Positions 32,911-43,801 of a DNA stretch of 64,000 nt are shown here, piece by piece. A program made the position numbers and the translations under genes. Source of the DNA: an uncultured bacterium (GTDB taxonomy: Bacteria; Chloroflexota; UBA5177; JANWHV01); assembly GCA_963827235.1 (NCBI GenBank), contig CAWHAE010000009.1, forward strand, positions 928,001-992,000, read 5' to 3'. A model generated the notes under the pieces. The model was not told where the DNA came from. It was given only the letters and a program-made list of their open reading frames with translations, and made no database searches. Positions within the stretch are counted from its first letter, which is position 1; each line of letters begins with the position of its first letter.

Positions 32911-34290
32911 CACGGTGTCCACCTGACACGTTCTGCAACTCCTCCGCCAGAGCTGAGACTTCGGCGACCGCTTCGGCCAGCTGCTCGAGGCCCCGAGTCT
33001 GCTCGGCGGCCGAGCTCGCGGCTTCCTCCGAGGCGGCGCCGGTTTCCTCTGCCATGCGCGCGATTTGTTCCACGCCCTTGGCCGCCTGAGTCATGGCAAT
33101 CAGCGCTTCCTGATTGGTCGCCACTATGGATGCGATGAAGGCGGCGAGCGACTCGAAGTCCGCTTCGATCTGAGTCAGGCTGGTCGTCGACTTGTGAGCA
33201 TTCTCCACATCCTGCTGAGCCTTGACTGTAGCCTGTTCGATATCGACGGTGACACGAGCAACCTGCTGCTGTATGCGCTTGACGAGGTCCTTGATCTTCT
33301 CGGCGTTTTCAGCCGAGTCCTTGGCCAGGCTGCGCACGTCGGCGGCGACGACGGCGAAGCCGCGACCGTACTCACCCGCTCGCGCCGACTCGATGCTTCC
33401 GATCACGGCCAGGAGGTTGGTCTGAATGGTGACGTTGACGATGGCGTCCACGATCTTGTCTATCCGCCCGGTAGACGCCACGAGCTGCTGGAGATTCTGG
33501 GCCGATGCCTGATCGGCCGCGGCCGTCCTCTGGATACCTTCGATAAGCGCGCCTACGTTGACGTTGTTCTGCTTCAGGAGCTGCTGCACGGCAGCGACAC
33601 GCTGTTGAGACTTCTCTGCCAGCTCCTTGGCCAGGAGGGAACCCTTCTGGATCTGCTCGACGGCACTGGCCGACTGCTCGGTGGCCGCGGCCTGCTCGGA
33701 GGCGCCGGCGGCGATGGATTGGATGCTGGCGGTCGTCTCCTTGGCGGTTCTGCTGGCTTCCTCGACGGCGGCGGACAGCTCCTTTGCAGAAGCCGCGAGT
33801 TCCTCGGAGGACTTATCTGCCGATGCGGCGAACTCGAGCGCTTCCGTCATATCGGCGAGCTCGGCCGCAGATGCGCTCATGTCGGCAAGTGCGCGCCCCT
33901 GCTCGTCGACCGCCTGCACGCATTCCTCGACCGACGCCGCTTGATCCTGCGCGCCCTTGGCGATCTCTTCGGTGGCCTTCCTGAACTGGAGCAGGATAGC
34001 GGCTACCTCGACGGCCTGGTCGTTACGCGACCTGGCTCCTTGACGGCCGATCCGGCTTCTTCCACCCCGGCGGCGAGCTCCTGGGTGGTGGCTGCCAGTC
34101 GACCGGCAATCTGCTGCTGCCTGGCGGCGGCGCGGGCGCGCTGCTTATTCTGGCTCTGCAGATCGGCGCGCAGACGCGATCCCTGCCCGGTGCGTGTGGC
34201 GCCGGAAACCTCGTGGGCACCGCTATCCGTAGCTCGTCCATTGCTGACGGGTCGCGCTGGTGGCGTGGGAAGGTCGGCGAGTCTCGGCAT
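32888..34290 (-). pseudogene. Soluble methyl-accepting chemotaxis protein with out-of-frame break near 34030-34040
   Basis: N-terminal [31 protein letters not shown] in one frame; the rest, with [27 protein letters not shown], in another; no TM helix. Confidence 0.75.
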
Positions 34291-34816
34291 GGTCATCCTC
34301 CTGGTGACTCTGGGCGTTGTCGTCCGTTACAACGCTGCTAGGCGCGTGCCTGAAGCGTGGCACCGGCTGGTATCGACTGACTCGGGCTGCCCAAGTACAA
34401 TTATCGGCAGTGGAGAGGGAAAGATTATAGCCCGATCTGGCCATTACTGAAGCGTGATAGTGCCGGTTAGACCGGAAACAATGATAGTGGCTATGTGGCT
34501 GGCGGGCGATAGAGCAAGGCCGACGAAATCACCGGAGGCGAGCATGTGCCCCACGGTTGACGGCTATGGGACGATTCTATTGAGAAACGTCTCGAGGCGT
34601 ATCGCGGCTACGGCCGGTCGTAGGCTGCCGGGGCAGGAAGTGGACCGCGGAAGGTGCAACGATGGAGAGGCGGGCGAGGTCTCGGATCACTGATTGCGAG
34701 CACGTCTGGCCGGCTAGCGGAGGCACGGCGTAGTCTCGCGGTGAAGTATACTTCTCGAAAACCGGCGCATTGCCCGGCGAGGCGTTGAGACTGCTATCAA
34801 GCGGGTTGGAGGAGTC

Positions 34817-35566
34817 ATGGCTACTCGAATGGCGCGCTACGACGTACGTAACGACGGTGCTGGACCATACGCGACGTTCTACTGCGATAGCTGTTCACGC
34901 GAGTACCGCAGTCAGCCGAACATGCAGGCGACGATCACCAAGGAAGTCGGACGCGACGTCCTGGGTGGATTCCTGCGCCGGAACATCCCGATTCTCGGCA
35001 GCGCGGTGGCTCGCGGTGTCGATGATACGGATCCCCGTTACTCGCGCACCCTCAACCCGCAAGAGCTCGAGAACGCCTGGAATCAGGTGAAAGACGTGTT
35101 TCACGAGTGCCCGACCTGCCACCAGCTGGTGTGCAATTCGGACTGGGACTCGCAGGTAGGCACGTGCTCTCTGGACAGTCCGCGCCGGGCGGAGATCGCA
35201 CAGGCGCAAACGGAGCAGGCGGCGGGCATGGTGAAGGGCCTGGCCAGCGTGTTCGGGATCGGCGACGCGGTGAAGAACGCGGCCCAGGCGGCGAAACGAG
35301 CGTCCACGACGGCGGCACGCTGCCCGAACGACGGTACACTGGCCAAGCCGGGCACGAAGTTCTGCCCTGAGTGCGGCGCGGCCATGATCCAGCCGGCCGC
35401 GCAGGCCTGTCCCAAGTGCGGGGCGGAGACGGGCGGCGCGAAGTTCTGTCCCGAGTGCGGCACGAAAATCGAGGCTGCCCAGCCGGAGACCACTCTTTGC
35501 CCGCAGTGCGGCAAAGAGACGGGCGGCGCGAAGTTCTGTCCCGAGTGCGGCACGAAGATGAGTTAG
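34817..35566 (+). CDS. Multi zinc-ribbon domain protein
   Basis: GGAGGAG RBS; many CxxC motifs, KFCPECG three times; 41-bp exact DNA repeat 35426-35466 / 35516-35556. Confidence 0.85.
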   Translation: MATRMARYDVRNDGAGPYATFYCDSCSREYRSQPNMQATITKEVGRDVLGGFLRRNIPILGSAVARGVDDTDPRYSRTLNPQELENAWNQVKDVFHECPTCHQLVCNSDWDSQVGTCSLDSPRRAEIAQAQTEQAAGMVKGLASVFGIGDAVKNAAQAAKRASTTAARCPNDGTLAKPGTKFCPECGAAMIQPAAQACPKCGAETGGAKFCPECGTKIEAAQPETTLCPQCGKETGGAKFCPECGTKMS

Positions 35567-35584
35567 GTCTTCACCCGGGAGGAG

Positions 35585-36896
35585 CTACGAAGCGTTCGGC
35601 CCGTCGCGAGACAGCCGCTTCTCGAGCCCGTCCAGGAAGATCCGTATGCCCACGTCGAATCGGCGGTCTCCGTCCGGGAAAGCCAGGAGCGGTGCTACCG
35701 CGGCCAGGTGTGGATAGGCGGCGGGCTGGGCCGCGAACTGCTGCTGGACCTCCTGCTGCACGTCGTGCGCGGGCTGGGCGGACGTGCCCTGGTTGGACGG
35801 ATCGGCGACGGCAACCGTGAGAATCGGTGCTGCCGCCGTCGATGCGCAGGTCGTAGAGGTCGGCGGCGATAGCGGCATGCGGGCTCTCCCAGCGCGCCTC
35901 GCCGACGGAGCCGAGCAGCAGTGAATCCAGCGAGAGCTGCCTGCTGCCGCCGCGGATATGCACACGCATGGCTGTGCCGTATGGGCGCTCGAGCCGCAGC
36001 CGCCTGGCGCCGCCGTCGATACTGATAGGCACGACGCCGGAGGGCGCGGGCAAGCGGACCACGACGTCGCTGACACCACCCGCGATGTGCAGAGAGGGCA
36101 CGTGCCCAAGCAGGAAGTCGGCGGAGAGCTGGACGGCGCCGCCTTCGACGTCGACTTCCCAGGGAACGGCGGCATTGAGGGTCACCGTGGTGGAGTCATG
36201 GCGACCGTGCCGCTGCTTGATGCTCAGCACGCCGCCGCGCAGCTCGACGTCCGGCGACTTGCCGTCGCCCGCGAGGTGATAGAGGTCGCTCATGCCCGCT
36301 CCGAGGCGCAACAGCAGGTGAGAGGCACCCTGTCGCACGACGAGATGCCCGCGAGATAGTGAGCCGAGCGGCACGCCGGCAGCCGGCTCCCGCGGCCACG
36401 AGGCGGGTAGTGAGGCGCTGGCGATCATGGCCTCGTCGAGCACATAGCCGACGACATACGTGTTGAACAGATAACCCGCATCCGCGACATCCTGAAGCGG
36501 CAGGCCGCTTCGATGCAAGAGCCCGAACACGGCATCGATGATGCGGAGCCGCTGCGCGCCGAGCGGCGGGCTTGCGGCCAAAATGCGAGCGCCATCGCGA
36601 TGCTGGAGCATCACGCGGCGAAAGTCGCGGGCAGCCTGCTCGAGCGCCTGGCGCCAGGGTGCTTGCGTAGACGGCATCGGCATCTCGCCGCTGATCGCAT
36701 CGCCGAGCATGACCAGCAAGTCGCTCTTGTCGCGCACGTGCCAGTAGAGAGATGCGGCCGTGACGCCGAGGCGGTCCGCCAAGCGGCGCATGGTGAGGTC
36801 GTCCAGGCCAACCTCGTCGAGCAGCCGCAGGGCGGCACGCGTCACCTGCTCTCGATCGAGGGCCGGCCGTGCGCGCGGCGGCGGTATCGCGGTCAT
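35585..36896 (-). CDS. TetR-family regulator with a beta-rich insertion domain (frameshift near 35820)
   Basis: HTH LTMRRLADRLGVTAASLYWHV; TetR_C helices; final helices YPHLAAVAPLL..DRRFDVGIRIFLDGL in ORF 35585-36175. Confidence 0.8.
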
Positions 36897-36921
36897 CGGG
36901 TCACATCCTCTCGCTCTGCTA

Positions 36922-37019
36922 TTGACAGTTTAACGCGGTTCGTCGTATGGTGTCGAGTGTGAACTAACAATGTTAATCTAGATGTGAGGATACGCCAGAG
37001 TGCAGATGAACTGTGTTAG
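36922..37019. promoter_or_regulatory. Divergent promoter region with three AAC-N3-GTT operator-like boxes
   Basis: TTGACA (36922) - 18 bp - TATGGT; boxes TTAACGCGGTTCG (36930), CTAACAATGTTAA (36964), TGAACTGTGTTAG (37007). Confidence 0.6.
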
Positions 37020-37095
37020 CCCGAGATCGAGCGCGGGCGTGCACCGTTACCCGATCGCCGTTCGTCCAGCCGCGATAGCCTAAGGAGCCGACACG

Positions 37096-38751
37096 ATGGC
37101 CAAAGCAAGCCGGCGCGCGAGCGCCAATCCCTGGGCGGTCCTGGGTATTCTGTGCCTGGGTTTGTTCATGTCTCTGCTCGATCTGACGATCGTCAACGTC
37201 GCCATGCCCAGCATCATCGATTCACTGCACGCCTCGCTCGACCAGATGCTGTGGGTGTTGAACGGGTACAGTCTCGTCTATGCGGTGCTGCTGATCACGG
37301 CCGGCCGGCTCGGCGACATCCATGGACCGCGGAACCTGTATGCCATGGGCACGGGACTCTTCACCGTCGCCTCGGCCTGCAGCGGGTTGGCGCAGACGCC
37401 CGCCGAGCTGATCGCTGCACGCGCGGCCCAGGGACTGGGTGCCGCGCTGATGGGGCCGCAGAGTCTCTCGATCATCGCCAGCCTGTTCCCGCCGGAGAAG
37501 CGCGGCGTGGCGTTCGGGCTGACCGGGGCCATGGGTGGGCTGGCAACGGTGGCCGGACCGACGCTCGGCGGCATCGTCACCACGCACCTGGGCTGGCGGT
37601 GGATCTTCTTCCTGAACCTACCGTTGGGCCTGGCGGTGATGGTGCTCACTATGACCGTGATGCCCGATCTGCGTCCGGGGCGGCGCCATCGGCTGGACCT
37701 GGCCGGCGTGGCGCTGGTCAGCGCCGGGCTGCTGGGAATCGTATTCGGCCTGATCGAAGGCCAGCGCTACGACTGGGCGACCGTCGGCGCGGGGATCACC
37801 ATTCCCGAGATCCTCGCCGCGGGCGTGATGGTACTGGCCGTCTTTTTCTACACGCAGGCGCGCCGGCAGGATCGCGAGCCGCTCCTCCCCTTCGCGGTGT
37901 TCGGCAATCGCAACTACGCGGCAACGGTGCCCGTGGCGGCGGCGATGGGGTTTGCCATCCTGGGTATCTTCCTGCCCCTCACCATCTACCTGCAGTCGGT
38001 GCTCAACCTATCCGCGCAGGATGCTGGCCTGACGATAGTGCCCATGTCGCTGGTGCCCCTGTTCATCGCCGGGTTCACAGGTACCTTGTCGGGCCGAGGC
38101 TACGGCAAGCAGATTCTCGGCAGCGGCCTCGTGCTCCTGGCGGCGGGCATGGCATATATCGTGTGGCACGCGCAGTCGGACTCGGCCCGCTGGAGCTTCC
38201 TACCCGGCCTGTTGGTAGGCGGGGTGGGCATGGGCTGCATCTGGGCACCGCTCTACAGCGTAGCCATGGAGAACGTGGATCCGCGCCTGGCCGGAGTGGC
38301 TTCCGGCCTGTTCAGCACGGTACAGGAGCTGGGCGGTGTGCTGGCCAGCGCGTCGGTCGGCGCCCTGCTGCAGAACAGGCTTTCGGCGGCGTTGCACGAC
38401 CAGGCCGTGCAATACGCAGGGCAGCTGCCCGCCGGCCTGCGCGCGCACTTCGTGGCCTCGTTCACGGGGGCGGCGCGCACCGGCCTGGAAGTGGGGCGCG
38501 GCCAGACGGGCGGCAGCGTACAGCTTCCGCCGGGAGTTCCCGCCAGGGTCGCCGGGCAGATCCAGTACCTGGCGTCGGCTGTATTCTCGCACGGCTTCGT
38601 GGATGCGATGCGACCGGCCATGGCGTTACCGATCCTGCTGCTGCTGCCGGCAGCGCTCTGTTGCCTGGCCGTGCGGCGCGTGGACCGCGGCGCTCCGGCT
38701 TCGCGACAAGCTGGGACGAGCCTGCCGCTGGGCGAAGGCGCCGCGCCATGA
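37096..38751 (+). CDS. DHA2 (EmrB/QacA) family MFS efflux transporter
   Basis: LDLTIVNVAMP, GRLGDIHG, AQGLGAA, GPTLGG, WRWIFFLNLP; AAGGAG RBS. Confidence 0.93.
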   Translation: MAKASRRASANPWAVLGILCLGLFMSLLDLTIVNVAMPSIIDSLHASLDQMLWVLNGYSLVYAVLLITAGRLGDIHGPRNLYAMGTGLFTVASACSGLAQTPAELIAARAAQGLGAALMGPQSLSIIASLFPPEKRGVAFGLTGAMGGLATVAGPTLGGIVTTHLGWRWIFFLNLPLGLAVMVLTMTVMPDLRPGRRHRLDLAGVALVSAGLLGIVFGLIEGQRYDWATVGAGITIPEILAAGVMVLAVFFYTQARRQDREPLLPFAVFGNRNYAATVPVAAAMGFAILGIFLPLTIYLQSVLNLSAQDAGLTIVPMSLVPLFIAGFTGTLSGRGYGKQILGSGLVLLAAGMAYIVWHAQSDSARWSFLPGLLVGGVGMGCIWAPLYSVAMENVDPRLAGVASGLFSTVQELGGVLASASVGALLQNRLSAALHDQAVQYAGQLPAGLRAHFVASFTGAARTGLEVGRGQTGGSVQLPPGVPARVAGQIQYLASAVFSHGFVDAMRPAMALPILLLLPAALCCLAVRRVDRGAPASRQAGTSLPLGEGAAP

Positions 38752-38939
38752 GTGCCTGCCGTTCCGCCCAAGAGCGTGCGCCAGGCATGAGGGTAGTCAG
38801 CGGCAGCCGATAAACAGGCAGCCCGGCACGGACGTGCCGTGCCGGCAGGGAGGCAGTGAGTCGCCCCGTGATGGCGCCCGCGCTGGACGGGCCAGGTAGA
38901 CGGTAGCCCGCGGGGACCTCGGGGTACCGTCTACGATGC

Positions 38940-39749
38940 TCAGGGGCGAGGCACCGGCTTCGCCTGAATGCCGAGAGCGCGGGCATGGAACCTGAGGGCA
39001 TCCTGAACGTGAAGGTCCCAGTACTCCCACTCGTGGCCGCCCGGGAATTCCTCGTACTCATGCGGGATGCCCAGTTTCTCGAGATGCCGGTGGAATTTGC
39101 GGTTCTCCTCTAGCAGCGGGTCCTCGCTGCCGCAGTCGAAGCGCAGGGCGGGCGGCTGCTTGCCGGCCACTGCCTCCGACAGCGCGGACAGATCGTTAGG
39201 CCCGCCGATGGGGTCGTCGCCAAACAGCCGGCGGAATTCGGCGGCCGGATCTTCGCTGAAGACCTCGTCGAATTCCTTGTCAGGACGGTCGTCGGGGTCG
39301 ATTCGCCTGCTGCCGACGCCGAGGGCACCGGAATGGCTCACGGCGCTGCAGAACATGTCGGGATGGCTCAAGGCCAGGCGAAGTGCCCCGTAACCGCCCA
39401 TGGAGAGCCCGCCGATCACGCGGGAATGCCTGCCCGCGCTCGTCCGGAACGTGCGATCGATCAACGGAACAAGGTCACGCGTGATCGCGGCGTCGTAGGC
39501 GTAGCCCTCGCGGGCATCGGTATAGAAGCCGCGACCTCCGTCCGGCATCACCACGATCATCGGGTAGTCGCGGGCATACTGCTCGATGTGTGTCTGCCGC
39601 GTCCAGGCGCTGTAGTCGTCGGACAAGCCATGAAGCAAATAGAAGACCGGGAACGGTCCCTCGAAGTCTGCTCGCTCGGGCAACAGAACCATCGCGCCCG
39701 TCATCTTGCGCAGAGCCAGGCTAAAGTAGCGAAGTTCGGCGAGTGCCAC
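38940..39749 (-). CDS. Putative esterase (alpha/beta hydrolase)
   Basis: YLLHGLSD, GLSMGG nucleophile elbow, DCGSED, GGHEWEYW. Confidence 0.9.
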   Translation of the reverse strand: MALAELRYFSLALRKMTGAMVLLPERADFEGPFPVFYLLHGLSDDYSAWTRQTHIEQYARDYPMIVVMPDGGRGFYTDAREGYAYDAAITRDLVPLIDRTFRTSAGRHSRVIGGLSMGGYGALRLALSHPDMFCSAVSHSGALGVGSRRIDPDDRPDKEFDEVFSEDPAAEFRRLFGDDPIGGPNDLSALSEAVAGKQPPALRFDCGSEDPLLEENRKFHRHLEKLGIPHEYEEFPGGHEWEYWDLHVQDALRFHARALGIQAKPVPRP

Positions 39750-40104
39750 AATCTCTCCTTTGTTCTGGGGCGCCGCGCGGCGCTATGCCGGCGGCCCACT
39801 CGCATGGCGTGCCTCCCATTCAGTATGGTGAAGGTGCAGGTCCGCGAACAAGGTACGCGGCACGCGCGTGGAGCAGATCGTGCCTTGCCGGGCCAGCGGC
39901 CCAGGAAGCCCGCGGCTGTCCAAGCCGAGAACCGAGCGGCACCGGCCGGTGCCCGGACTGTGCTTCGGCAATCCAGGATTCCGTGGTACCCGTAGAGTGT
40001 GACATACGGTGCGCGATCGGGTTCGACGGCGCCGCGCGGGCATCCCCCGAGGATCGAGAGGGACGGCTGCGCCGTCGGGATCGGCAGACGAAAGGAACGG
40101 CTAA

Positions 40105-40575
40105 TTGGAAAAGGCAATATTCGGGGCAGGCTGCTTCTGGGGCGTCGAGGCGGCGTTCCGAGCGGTCGAGGGCGTGACGGCCACGCGCGTGGGCTACCTT
40201 GGCGGCACGATGGCCAATCCCACCTATAGGGACGTGTGCTCGGGCACGACGGGGCACGCAGAGGTCGTCGAGGTGAGCTACGACCCCGAGACGATCTCAT
40301 ACGAGAAGCTGCTGAAGGTTTTCTGGGAGAATCACGATCCCACGCAGTTCAATCGCCAGGGTCCCGACCACGGGGTGCAGTATCGCTCGGCTATCTTCTA
40401 CCAATCGCCGGAGCAGGAGGCCGCGGCCCGCGCGTCGAAGCAGGCGCTCGAGAATGCCCACCAGTATCGCAGACCGGTGGTGACGGAGATCACGCCGGCG
40501 ACGACGTTCTGGGAAGCGGAGGACTATCACCAGCAGTATCTGGAGAAGCGCGGCCTGGCAAGCTGCCACATCTGA
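40105..40575 (+). CDS. msrA: Peptide-methionine (S)-S-oxide reductase
   Basis: [29 protein letters not shown]. Confidence 0.97.
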   Translation: MEKAIFGAGCFWGVEAAFRAVEGVTATRVGYLGGTMANPTYRDVCSGTTGHAEVVEVSYDPETISYEKLLKVFWENHDPTQFNRQGPDHGVQYRSAIFYQSPEQEAAARASKQALENAHQYRRPVVTEITPATTFWEAEDYHQQYLEKRGLASCHI

Positions 40576-40597
40576 ATCTGAGAGGACCACTGGGACC

Positions 40598-40996
40598 ATG
40601 GACGACATATCGCATATGCCGGAGAGCTATTGGAAGGAGCGGCTTACTCCCGAGCAGTATCGGGTCTGCCGCTTGAAGGGCACGGAACGGCCGTTCTCCG
40701 GCGCCCTCTACCGTAACGATGCCACCGGGACCTACGACTGCGTGGCCTGCGGGCAGCCTCTGTTCACCTCGGACACGAAATTCGACTCGGGCTGCGGCTG
40801 GCCCAGCTTCGATCGGCCGATCGACCGGGAGAACGTGGAGCTGCACGAGGATCGGTCGCTCTTCATGCTGCGTACCGAGGTGACCTGCAAGCGCTGCGGG
40901 GCGCACCTCGGCCACGTGTTCGACGACGGACCGCGCGAGACCACCGGCCAGCGCTACTGCATCAATTCGGTCGCCCTCAGCTTTCGCACAGAGTAG
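40598..40996 (+). CDS. msrB: Peptide-methionine (R)-S-oxide reductase
   Basis: [29 protein letters not shown]. Confidence 0.97.
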   Translation: MDDISHMPESYWKERLTPEQYRVCRLKGTERPFSGALYRNDATGTYDCVACGQPLFTSDTKFDSGCGWPSFDRPIDRENVELHEDRSLFMLRTEVTCKRCGAHLGHVFDDGPRETTGQRYCINSVALSFRTE

Positions 40997-41129
40997 GCCT
41001 ACGGCCCGGATCCGCGGCGAACCGCGACTTCGCCGCGGAGGCGGTGCTCGAGTCTGGACAACAGATGACCGACCTCCCGGGTCACTGTGCCGCGGAACGC
41101 CGGCGGGCAACCACTATGGCAGGCGGAGC

Positions 41130-41678
41130 CTACGCCCGGCTCGGCCGGGTCTCCTTGCGCAGCCAGATGTTCGCGCACTCCTCGCACACGGATTGCGGGA
41201 TCACGTGGGTGGCCATGAGCAGCCGGAAGATCCGGCAGCCCACGCAGAAGCCCGCGAGGGATTCCAGACCGGCCAGGGCGATCAAGATGCCGGCTACCAC
41301 ATAGGCGGCGCCGGTCAGGCCGAAGACGAAGGTCAGGACCACGCCGGCAACCGTCATTGCCGCGCCTAGGCTCTGGGCGAAGCGCTTGGGCGGACCGGCG
41401 GTGGGCCTGGCCGCGATGCCCAGGCGAGGCACGATCACGCGCGTGGAGAGCAGGGCCATCGGGCTGATCCGCGGCCCGGCAAGGGCCCGAGCTACGAAAC
41501 CGTAAGCGATGACGCACAGCACGAGCGGCTGCTGGGTGAGCAGGAGGATGGCGGCCATGACCAGCACGCCGCCGGCGGTAATGCGCACGGCGACCTCGTT
41601 GACCGGATTCGGGAAGCTGAAGAAGCCAGAGCGCACCGAGATGCTCCTCTCGCGGATAGTAAAATACAGGACGCCCAT
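41130..41678 (-). CDS. DUF4395-like membrane protein
   Basis: FPNPVNEVAVR, GPPKRFAQSLG, LESLAGFCVGC, C-terminal CEEC. Confidence 0.82.
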   Translation of the reverse strand: MGVLYFTIRERSISVRSGFFSFPNPVNEVAVRITAGGVLVMAAILLLTQQPLVLCVIAYGFVARALAGPRISPMALLSTRVIVPRLGIAARPTAGPPKRFAQSLGAAMTVAGVVLTFVFGLTGAAYVVAGILIALAGLESLAGFCVGCRIFRLLMATHVIPQSVCEECANIWLRKETRPSRA

Positions 41679-42218
41679 CGGCGTTACGGAATATTCTTCC
41701 TTGCTTGGATACTACCAGAGCATGCGCGGAAAGTCCATGAATGCGATCGTGTTGCTGCAGTTCTGCCGGGACGGCGCCGTTCGCGGGCAACGGTGAGACG
41801 GGCGCGGGCCGGCGGCCGGCATTCGTCCCGGTTGGGGAGCTGCCCGTCGCCGGTTGGGGGCGCGACATATGTCTCATAGGCCGGAATGGTGCTGCCCCGG
41901 CGGCGGCATCGGGAGCCGCGAACGCGGGGATCGTGAGCCATGGCTGTCGACGGGCGCCCAACACGTCGGATCGCGGCCTGACACCGCGATGCTGGGGGAC
42001 CGGGAACACTGCTGATCGACAGGCTATGAGGACTGCTTGTTACAGGCGGATTCGCGAGGCTTTCCGGAGGCAACAGCCCTTGTGCACCTGACTGTATACT
42101 AAGAATTCGGTCGAGGTCCCCGTGTAACCGTTCTCCTTCTCGCCACGGGCTTGGCACACAGCAAGGATCCCGCCGCCTCGCGTCTGAATCGTCGCCTTTG
42201 AGTAAGAGGGCATGCTAC

Positions 42219-43721
42219 ATGAGCACACTCGTCCAACGGAGCCGGAGGCCGCTCCTGCTCGATCACACGCAAGCGCCGCTCGTGGATGGAATCCGCGAGT
42301 ATCGTGAGCTCGATATTCTGCCTTTCACCACGCCCGGCCATAAGCGGGGAGCCTCCATCCCGGCGGCCACCAGCGAGGCGCTAGGCTGGGATGTGTTTCA
42401 CAACGATATCTCGGTCGGCGCGGGCGTCGACGACACGCATTTCACGCGCGACCTGGTAGGACGGGCGGAGCGCCTGGCGGCGGATGCCTACGGCGCCGAT
42501 CGCTCGCTCTTCTTGCTCAACGGCAGCTCGATTGGCAACCACGTGGGCATTCTGTCGCTGGTTGGACCGGGCGACAAGATCGTGGTGGCGCGCAACGTGC
42601 ACAAGTCGATCCTGTCGGCCCTGATTCTCAGCGGCGCACGACCGGTCTACGTGCGGCCGCCCTACGACCCGGATTTCGAGGTGGCGCACGGCGTGGCGGT
42701 AGACGAGGTGGCGCGCACGCTCGAGGCGCATCCCGATGCCGCGGCGGTGGTGGTGGTGAGTCCCACCTACTTCGGCGTGTCTTCGGACCTGCCGGCCCTG
42801 GTGGATCTCTGTCACGGGAAGAACTTGCCGCTGCACGTCGACGAGGCCTGGGCGCCGCACTTCAAGTTCCACCCGGCGCTGCCGCCGTCGGCCATGGAAG
42901 CGGGGGCCGACAGCGCGGTGACCAGCATCCACAAGCTGCTGTCGGGCTTTACCCAGTCTGCTCTGCTCAATCTGCAGGGTCCAAGAGTGGACAAGAACGA
43001 CACGGCGCGCTGGCTGAGCCTGCTCCAGACTACCAGCCCCTCGGCGCTCATCCTTGCCTCCATCGATGGCGCGCGACGGCAGATGGTGCTGCAGGGCGAG
43101 GACTTGCTGGCGCGCACGATCGCGCTGGGCAACATGGCGCGCGAGCGGATCAACCTGATCCCGGGTCTGCGGGCCATAGGATTGGAGGTGCTGAGGCAGC
43201 CCAGCGTCGCGGGCTTCGATCTGACCAAGCTGGTGATCGACGTGCGGGAGACCGGGATGACCGGCTACGACGTGGAGGCATGGCTGCGCGCGCGGCACCG
43301 TATCTCCGTAGAGATGAGCGACCATCGCCGCATCGTGGCGCTGCTGACGATCGCGGATACCGAAGAATCAGTCGAGCGCTTGCTGACGGCGCTGGCCCTC
43401 GTGCCGACGGAGCTGCATCCCTCGCAGGCCCGTCCCTTTGACGCGGCGTACGATCCCGCCGCTCTGGAGGCGGAGAGCGTGCTCACGCCGACCGAGGCGT
43501 ACCATGCCTACACCCGGTTCGTGCCTCTGTCTCAGGCTGCCGGCGAGATCACCGCCGACGTGCTGACGCCGTATCCGCCGGGAATCCCACTGGTGGCGCC
43601 CGGCGAGCGCTTCACGCCGAACATCGTGGACTACCTGCGCGCAGGGTTGGCCGCGGGCATCCATGTGCGCGGTGCCAGCGATCCGACGATGGAAACGGTG
43701 CGCGTGGTGCGGGATGCGTGA
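42219..43721 (+). CDS. Orn/Lys/Arg decarboxylase family PLP enzyme
   Basis: FTTPGHK, LNGSS, RNVHKS, VDEAW, SIHK (PLP lysine), TTSPS, PYPPGIP. Confidence 0.92.
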   Translation: MSTLVQRSRRPLLLDHTQAPLVDGIREYRELDILPFTTPGHKRGASIPAATSEALGWDVFHNDISVGAGVDDTHFTRDLVGRAERLAADAYGADRSLFLLNGSSIGNHVGILSLVGPGDKIVVARNVHKSILSALILSGARPVYVRPPYDPDFEVAHGVAVDEVARTLEAHPDAAAVVVVSPTYFGVSSDLPALVDLCHGKNLPLHVDEAWAPHFKFHPALPPSAMEAGADSAVTSIHKLLSGFTQSALLNLQGPRVDKNDTARWLSLLQTTSPSALILASIDGARRQMVLQGEDLLARTIALGNMARERINLIPGLRAIGLEVLRQPSVAGFDLTKLVIDVRETGMTGYDVEAWLRARHRISVEMSDHRRIVALLTIADTEESVERLLTALALVPTELHPSQARPFDAAYDPAALEAESVLTPTEAYHAYTRFVPLSQAAGEITADVLTPYPPGIPLVAPGERFTPNIVDYLRAGLAAGIHVRGASDPTMETVRVVRDA

Positions 43722-43801
43722 GCCGGGCACGGCGTAGCAGGCGCGGCCGGCCCACGGGCCGGAGAATGCGGCGTTTGGACTGACGAAGAGGAGGAACAGC
43801 A

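Noticed and set aside
41835-42095. Naming the structure as SRP RNA, tmRNA, RNase P or a SAM riboswitch
   Set aside because: Only fragmentary word matches; the diagnostic conserved cores are missing.
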